NCBI GenBank assembly: GCA_977018835.1
Contig: OZ361256.1
Span: 6,634,001 to 6,698,000, forward strand
From: Minutocellus sp. GHC0000111
Lineage: Eukaryota
Reading direction: 5' to 3'
DNA length: 64,000 bases
Shown here: in pieces, positions 56,536 through 64,000 of the stretch
Layout: the number at the start of each line of letters is the position of its first letter
Position numbering within the stretch: position 1 is the first letter of the stretch
The notes under the pieces: model-generated
What the model was told of the DNA's origin: nothing
The model's input: the letters and a program-made list of their open reading frames with translations, nothing else
Databases searched by the model: none
Position numbers and translations under genes: made by a program

Positions 56536-58278
56536 ATGAGCGCCTCATCTTCGCCCTCCTCATTTCTTCCAACGTCCCCGCTAGCCATCGATAACACCAC
56601 GACTCTAAACAACAAGCAATCCTCAACCTCATCCTCCTCCAATAGCAAGCGCTGGACATGGACCAAGCCAGAGGGCAAGCCCAAGCGCCCTCTCTCGTCT
56701 TACAACCTCTTCTTTCGAAACTGCCGCGAAAAGCTCGTAGCCGGTCTCCCCCTTGAGGCAGCTCTGGCCACCGGCAACGCTGCCGCCGACGAGCAACTGT
56801 CCCAAGATCTGGCCTGCATCCTCTCCGAACTAGCCAACACCCGCGCCCACGAGGCTCGGCTGGTTTCCTCCGGCCTGCCGCCTCCCAAGCGCGCCCACAA
56901 GCGCCAGCACAGCAAGGTATCCTTCAAGGACATGGCCCAAGTCGTCGGCGATGCCTGGAAGAACCTCGACACGACGACCAGGACCATCTACGATGCTGCC
57001 GCCGCCGTAGAGAAGAAGCGGTACGTCGCCGAGGTCCAGCGCTGGAAGGAGAAGCAGGAACGCAAGAAGAAGCAGCAGGGCGGTTCTGCATCAACTCCTC
57101 CTCCTCCTCCTCCTACTGCGTCATCACAAGCAGCCGCGCCAAAGAAGAAACGCGCCAAGAAGTCCAAAAGTACTGGTACTGTCAACAAGAAGAGTCAAGA
57201 AGACCTTGCTACGACGGCTACTATCCCTACTTCCACTACCGTCAATGCCAAGACCATCGACAATCGCAACTCCATCCGCAACGCCGAAAGACGTCGCCTG
57301 GCTGCTATCAAGACCATTGCCGATCAGACCCAGTTGCAGCAGCAGCAACAGCAGCAGGGCATCAAGAAGAAGGAACCCTTCGGAAATGGTATGAGCATGC
57401 CATCAGCTCTGTCCATGATGTCACTGGCGTCGCCCAAGTCGACATCGCCGGAGCTTACGCACATCCCATCGTCCATGGCTTCGTGTCTTGCTGCTGATAC
57501 TACTAGATCTCCTGCTGCTGGCAGTTCTTCTCACTTCTTAACCAACGCCATTGGATCTACTACGGCAAATCGAGGCGGGCTCATGCATCAACTTCAGCAG
57601 CATATGGTACATCCCCAACAACACGGGGCTCTCCAACAGCCTCCCTACTACGTGCCGGCTCAGCTTCCGTCCACAGTAGCGGCGTCTAATACAAACATCG
57701 CTGCTGCGCACCACAATACATCTGGCACCTGGGATACCGATGCCTTCACCTCGGCCACTCGCCGACTTCTCGATATAACTGAAACATTCCGGCAGCCTGC
57801 CAGTAGCAGTACCTCGGCCGACAAATGTCTTTCCCATGCGGCCAGCTCTACACTCCCCATGGATATTGAGCCTGAGCCGCTGCCCGAAGCCACCGTCGGG
57901 CTCGACGAGGGAAGGCTTACCCCTCCACCTAAGCCACATGCAGCTCAAGTGCAAGGCGAAGGGACCGGCAAAGCCGCCGCCGCCCCCACAAGCCTTCGTC
58001 GTTCCTCAAGTCTCCTCTCTCTTTCCGACATACCTCTGGACTTTGCCGAGGAAGATTTTAAGGATCTCTCCAGCATCTTTGAAGAAGGAGCTGTCGGTCC
58101 TGCCACCGTTTCCACCGCTGCTGTCGCCTTTGGTGCCAAGCCAGAGGCTCAGCAAGCAACGTTCCAACAGACAACGCCGCTGCTCCATGGCCCTAGGGAG
58201 GGTCATGGGCAACGAGGCCAACAAGATGACATGAGCACGATGCTCCCCAATCTATGGGGCGGTGCGAGTAGCGCATAA
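56536..58278 (+). CDS. HMG-box protein
   Basis: KPKRPLSSYNLFF...VSFKDMAQVVGDAWKNLD...YDAAAAVEKKRY. Confidence 0.92.
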   Translation: MSASSSPSSFLPTSPLAIDNTTTLNNKQSSTSSSSNSKRWTWTKPEGKPKRPLSSYNLFFRNCREKLVAGLPLEAALATGNAAADEQLSQDLACILSELANTRAHEARLVSSGLPPPKRAHKRQHSKVSFKDMAQVVGDAWKNLDTTTRTIYDAAAAVEKKRYVAEVQRWKEKQERKKKQQGGSASTPPPPPPTASSQAAAPKKKRAKKSKSTGTVNKKSQEDLATTATIPTSTTVNAKTIDNRNSIRNAERRRLAAIKTIADQTQLQQQQQQQGIKKKEPFGNGMSMPSALSMMSLASPKSTSPELTHIPSSMASCLAADTTRSPAAGSSSHFLTNAIGSTTANRGGLMHQLQQHMVHPQQHGALQQPPYYVPAQLPSTVAASNTNIAAAHHNTSGTWDTDAFTSATRRLLDITETFRQPASSSTSADKCLSHAASSTLPMDIEPEPLPEATVGLDEGRLTPPPKPHAAQVQGEGTGKAAAAPTSLRRSSSLLSLSDIPLDFAEEDFKDLSSIFEEGAVGPATVSTAAVAFGAKPEAQQATFQQTTPLLHGPREGHGQRGQQDDMSTMLPNLWGGASSA

Positions 58279-58722
58279 GGCACAGCCATAAATCAATGCA
58301 TACGATTATGCCAATGAATAAGTATAATGCAGAATGTTTGGTCAAATAAATCGAAGCCTAAAGTTAGTGGTATATCCAAAACGCAGGTGAGAAGAAATGC
58401 AGTTCGTTAACCAATGCCAGCACAGCCATCTGTGCAACGTCGGAGAGGCGGACGCCACGCGTCTCTCAGCCTCTACTGTGCATTCTATCCGACCTCTTGG
58501 TACCAACACCAATATAATGCTTCTGAGCTCGACCAAACCATTATGAAGATTATTTTCTGAATCATTCAAAGCCCAACCATCAAGTGAAAATGCTCGATGG
58601 TGGAACTATTCCCAAGGCGCCATCCTCGACGAGACAAAGCAAAGAGAGATAGAATGAAACGATACAGAGCTGGCTTCAAACCAAGGCTCTGACTTTCTTG
58701 TGGATTTTCTCTCTTTTCGTCT

Positions 58723-61260
58723 CTACTCGAGGATGACGCGGCCGGATTTGCCACACCCTGGCGAATATCCGGATAGAAGTCGACCAATTCCAGTATTCTT
58801 GACCTTTCTGGCCTTCTTGGCTCGGTGATGACGCTCGCTGGCAAAGGCCAGAGCACTATCAGCCGTAGATGCCCCCCCGTTGCTCTCGGGCATTTTGGCC
58901 TCATTCATTTTCATCGTGCAATCTTCCTTTTCGCTACCAGGGCGAAGGTCCTTCTTGGGCCTACTAGAAGAGGGGGTGACGACGTGCGAAGTACCATGCA
59001 CTTCCTTCTGAGCGGCGGCCTCATTCTGGGCCGCCATCTTCTTTGCCTCCTGCTGCAAGACATGACTGAGGTGCTTACCGAGGGACTGGACGGCGAACTG
59101 GACCATCGACTCCTTTTCGTATTCCTCTTCGGTGCTGTCCCAATCCATGTCGGCTGCCCCTCCATAGGGGATCGAACAGGCACCGCGCAGGGTACCAGCC
59201 AGACGACCAATGATGGCACACCCGGCCTCGTACTGAACCTGAACCTCGGCCCCGGTGGACGTTCCAGCCAAGCCGTTGGCGGCCTTGGACTCTTCGTTGA
59301 GCCGAACAATAGCATTCTGCACCGCGGCACGGGCCAGGATGGATCGAGGGATGGAAAGGAGGTCGTTGTCATACAAGGCCGCGGAGAGCTGGCAATTGGT
59401 CAGCTTGGTGAGGCGGGGGGAGTCGATACGGATGGGGTAGGGAGGAGGAAGAGTGGTAGCGGCCGGTCCAGCAAGGCGATGGACCTTGTCCTCCTCGACA
59501 TTGTCCGCATCCTCCTGCATGACATCCTCTACCATAATGGCAGCCTGCTGCTGACGGAATCGCTCATAGGCCATCCGTTCGATGTGGACACCGTTCTTCA
59601 CAATGTCCATCAGATCACGTGCCACACCCCAGCCGGTGGTGGGGACAAGACGAAACTCCAACGTGTGAAGAATATCGGCCTCGATCCGAACGAGGACATT
59701 CCGAATCTCACGACCGCCGGCAGATTTGGCCCCCATGGCCTCGAGGTCGGCCACCATCCTCGCTTCCATGGGAACCCGCCACTTGTCCAACACGTGCGGG
59801 TCACCGTCGCGCCTGTGCTTGTCGAGCGCATCCCAGTATTCGGAGGAGAGGAATTTCTCCGGCGGACGGTGCGACAGACGATCGCCGTGGGGAGAATGCG
59901 TCTTGATGGCAATCTGCAGGCAGGCCAGGGATGCGTAGACGATGGACCAGTCGGGGGTCAAGGAGGAGGAGTGGAGGAAGGTGTTGGTGTTGGTTGCGCC
60001 GGACAAGATGGCGGGGTTGGGGGTGTAGGTGAGGCTGGCAGGATCGGCCTTGGCCATGAGGTACCGGTCGAGGTAGGACATGGCGATCTGTTGGGCGGGC
60101 AAAGAATAAATCAAATGAAAGATTATGAGAGATGTGAGAAGAGATGGTATTAATATATATAATATGATGAAGCAGACAACAAAACAACATTACGCAACAA
60201 ACTCATAATGATATCACAATAACATCACAGCCCAAACCCAACAACTCCGCAACTCACCTCGACGATCTCGTCCGATTCCCCAAACACCCCCCGTCGCCAG
60301 ACGGTGCAAATGCCGTACCACCTGGCCGTTGCGATCCAGCCCGGCATGACGGTAGACCAAGCCGACGTCCGAGAGGTGCTCCACGTCCACCTCCTCGTCT
60401 TCTCCCACCTGGAGGAGGAGCTGGCGCAGGATGGCCTCCCCGCCGTCACCAAAGGTACTACAACCACTGCCTTCGGTACCGCCACCAACAGTGCTACTAC
60501 CACGACCAACCTGCTGCCGCTGCTCGGACTCCTCGGCAGGCTGGCGTCCCTCCTCGGGCCCATTTGCCATCGCATTGTTGGGAGCAGTCCCAATCTTCCT
60601 CCCATCGTCCCTCTTGGCACTGGTACCAGTAGCAGCACTAACACCACCACCGGCACCACTCGTACTCGGACCGCGCTTCCGAACGAGGAAACCGTGGCTT
60701 GGCGACGTGGCATTCCAGCAGCCCGCCGTACGCTTGAACCTGGACTTGTTCCCGGTGCAGCAGCGCCGAGAGACGCTCGTACGCCGCGTCGAGGTTCTGG
60801 TGCAGGGCTGGGATGACGGCGGCGTTATGGAGGTTGTTGTTGTTGTTGTTGTTGAAGAGTCTCCTTGTGGAGTTGAGCGCAAGCTTGGTCTTGCTCTTGG
60901 ACTTGGCCTTGGTCAGCGGAGGCAGTGCGCTCGGCGGGCGCCGGACGACGCCGCCGACACGGTTCCGGGGCCGGCGGCACACGTGCTGATGCGTGCACTG
61001 CCGTCGTTGTTGCCGCGGCGATCTCCGCTGGGACCGACGACGGCGGCGGCGCCGCCCGTTTCCTCTCCCGGAAGGTCTGGAATGGCGCCGTCCTTGGCGG
61101 CGTTGCTGCCGTGGCTGCCGAATTCGGCGGTAGTCTCGGCGGCGGCGGCAGTCCTCTCGGCCTCGGAGGGAGATCCTTGCGGGATGTCATGCCCGGCGCG
61201 GGGACGCACGACGTCGGCATCGGCGGCGCTGGGGCCGAGGACGAAGCTGCCCGGCATCAT
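58723..61260 (-). CDS. Divergent cyclin (diatom-specific cyclin-like); intron 60088-60257; frameshifts in exon 1
   Basis: Spliced EIVE/IAMSYLDRYL, LACLQIAIK and IEADILHTLEFRL cyclin-box motifs. Confidence 0.75.
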
Positions 61261-61906
61261 CACGATGGTGGAATCAGTAGCTGATTGTATTGGTATGGTG
61301 CGGTCTCGGGGGGGTAGAGATATATGTATGCTCAAGGACCGTCATGGAGGGATGTGCAGAGGGAGAAAAATGAGGAGCTGCAGAGCGAGAGCATGCGCAA
61401 AGAAAAAATGCCGCCAAGGATCTTGGTGCCAGGTCATGATTGCGTCGAACAGAAAACCACCCGCCCGACCACCCGCCCGACCATCCAGACGGCATCCATG
61501 CCGCGCGAGAATAATCAATCATGGAGAGAGAGAAGGAGAGTACTGAAGTACTCAGGAGAAAGGGGAGGTCGCTTCATTGCATTGGCCACAACTTACATTA
61601 GATTGACTTACGTAAGAATTTCTAAATCATGTAGGAATTCCTATGCTGAATATATATGTGATCCAAACGCTAGCTAGATAATATTAATGCCGATGCCGGT
61701 ACATGTAGTCTTAGATTCTAAGAGATCAAACAAATAATAATCTGCATGTAAAAAAAGAAAAGGCCCTGGTCTGGCTGGCTGGCTGGCCCAGAGGGATGGG
61801 TGTCCCTTGGTGTCCCCCTCTCTCACCCACCAATTCAATTCATGTCTCTTCTCATTAGATCTCCAGACCTATCATCGTCGTCGCCACCAATCAATCAATC
61901 AATCAA

Positions 61907-63967
61907 TCAATCAGTGTCGGCCCTCTCTTCTTTCTCAACGCCACCGATAGATCTATTGTCGATTTCATCATTTCCACCACCGCCATCGTCATCATCATCA
62001 TCTTGATCTTGTTCTTGCCCCTCATCCGGTACAGCAGCCACCGCGGCGTTCCCGTCTCTGCTGCTGTCCCGGCCTGCTCGCCGCCTCCTGTCCCCGAATC
62101 GAGACCTGCCGGAAGCCAAAACGGCACTGCCCGCGCCTCCAACTTGTTGTGGCTTTCCGGCGAGCGAGTCGTCACGCTTGCTGGACACTTTCGCACTACA
62201 TGTACGACCACCCATGTCCACACCAATATCCCGGAGTGCCTCGGCCTCCTCGGGGGTGATGCGGTAAAATCTATAACCACCTCCCTCGGCGTAGGCCCTC
62301 TTCTTGACGTACAGCCACGCATACAACTTCGAATTGCTTTTCGGCACCTTGAAGTGGCCGTGCTTTTCCTTGAACCGCTTGAGTTCCTCAAGCCATTGCC
62401 TGAAAAGAACGCTAGTCTTCTTGTCGTTACCATCCATGTCCACACCAATATCCTGGAGCGCCTTTACCTCCTCGGGGAGGATGCTTCTGCTGGAAGTCCT
62501 ACCTTCCTTGGCGTAGGCCTTCTTCTTCGCATGTAGCCACTCGTAGAGGCTCTTATTGCCACCCCTCGACGGCACCTTGAAGTGGCCGTGCTTTTCCTTG
62601 AACTGCTTGAGTTCCTCGAGGCGCTGGTCGAAACGATTCTTGGTGGTAGCGGCGGCGATACTGGGAGTGACTGTCGCCGATTGCAGAGAAAGGGCGGCAG
62701 ACCCGGCAGAGGCCCTGTGCTTTGGCCTCTTTCTCTTGTTGTTTCTAGTACCTTCGTCATTGGCACCGTTGCTCGGACAAACCTTCCATCGCCAGTGGCT
62801 GGTGCTTCCAACCACACCGCCATTGGACAAATCCGCCGACGCGGTCCGAGGAATCGTCGTCGATTTCTTCCTCTTCTTCTTGTTCCCGGCACTACTAACA
62901 CTGGGAGTCTTCTTTCTATGTGCGACGGCTCCGGGCTTCTTCTTCTTGGCGTTGGTAACTGCAAGACGACCACTGGATGCGCCGTCGTTGGTAGCATCCC
63001 TAACTTGTCTTGCCAGCTGGGCGATATCCGTCATTCTCGCCTTATCCTGGGACGACGGGAAGCCATCGTCCAACAATTCGGAAGAGATGGCATCGATGAT
63101 GGCCTGGAGGACGCCGCGATTTTGCATGATGCCTAGGTCGTCGTTAACGAGGAGAGCCCGGCGGAGCGATTCCGCGGGATTGTCGTTGTTGGTCGATAGC
63201 GAGAGGGATGTCGAGGTATGAGTAGACGCCGGCAAGGTAGAAGCGGCGCCAACGACCAAAGTCTCTGCGGGATTCATCGTTCTCCTCCTCTTGGTACCGC
63301 TTCGGGACGATACGGATGCCGACGCTTGTTTGCGGGGCTTCTTCTTGCTGGCATGGTTGGCTGTGTCTGGGACCTTGGTTGGTCGTTCAACAGCACCACC
63401 GCCAACAACATTGGCATCCGTCCCAACCCACCCATACATCTGGTAATCGTCATAATCCTACTCATAATCATAATACATGTCATCTTCGTCCTCTTCCCCA
63501 TCCTCCTCGGCGTCTTCGTCGTCCTCCATGTGGCCCAATTCACGACGATCTCTCTCGTCCTGTGCGGCAATGCTTTCCAGCACACTTTTTCGACAGCAAA
63601 ATTCGCACAGGCACTCCCGGTGATGAGGTGCGGGAACCCTACCGATGCCATCGTTGGGTTGGTTGGTGGTCGTTTGTGCGTGTGACGCCGCGGCGCTTTT
63701 GGTCGTCATCACGAGCTTCCGACGGCACTCTTTGCACTCGCAGTCATCTGCATGGTCCTCGGTGATTTCCGCCGCTATTTGCGCACGGCAGCATGCCTCG
63801 CACAGACAATCGGCGGGGTGGGCCTGCGCTGTATGCGTTTGCTTCTGCCGCGTCGTGGTGGCATAGTCGGAAGACGACGCAGCAGGCGCCTCCTCCTCAC
63901 GAGGATCGCGACCATTGCCCCCACCATCAGCACCATCGGCCATCAATACCACTCCCATCATGGCCAT
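61907..63967 (-). CDS. Helicase-associated (HA) domain repeat protein with N-terminal HxxxCxCxxC repeats; in-frame TAG at 63458-63460
   Basis: Two copies of F.Q.LEELK.FKEKHGHFKVP...LY.WL...K.AY...EE..AL.DIG. The upstream ORF is in the same frame across a single stop. Confidence 0.75.
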
Positions 63968-64000
63968 GTCGGTGACATCCAGGGTATTTCCACCTATGTC

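Noticed and set aside
58825..60153. 442-aa plus-strand ORF (and similar ORFs at 12187-13128, 13125-14039, 60431-61546)
   Set aside because: Antisense shadows of GC-rich real genes with no recognisable motifs.
61888..61913. (CAAT)n run as a telomeric or regulatory repeat
   Set aside because: Short ordinary microsatellite at a gene 3' end.

Overview
Eukaryotic nuclear DNA, most likely from a diatom: GT-AG introns, a frustulin-type ACR-domain gene, a signal peptide followed by a Phe transit-like motif, and a diatom-type Copia end. Host genes include VPS33, HIRA, an HSF-like/PDZ-like protein, a CBS protein, two tandem 2OG-Fe(II)-like/ShK-like paralogs, a vWA protein, an ankyrin-like protein, a cluster of secreted Cys-rich proteins, a zinc-finger/RINGv/TPR protein, an HMG-box protein, a cyclin and a helicase-associated (HA) repeat protein. 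Mobile DNA is interleaved: a Copia 3' end, a tyrosine-recombinase (Crypton-like) two-gene cassette, a 1.5 kb TIR element, a DD39D mariner-like pseudogene, a Kolobok element delimited by TTAA and 17-bp TIRs, and a Transib/RAG-like remnant. Four signals stand out: (1) TpA loss with apparent Tyr-to-Cys/His changes, concentrated in the decayed repeats; (2) a ~390-bp-period degenerate array that keeps one 13-bp motif; (3) a Kolobok KolX-like protein with an apparent RPA70N-like OB fold; (4) the recombinase cassette flanked by direct-repeat motifs. Several frameshifts and in-frame stops in conserved genes suggest residual consensus errors. All family assignments come from motif recognition by eye, not database searches.
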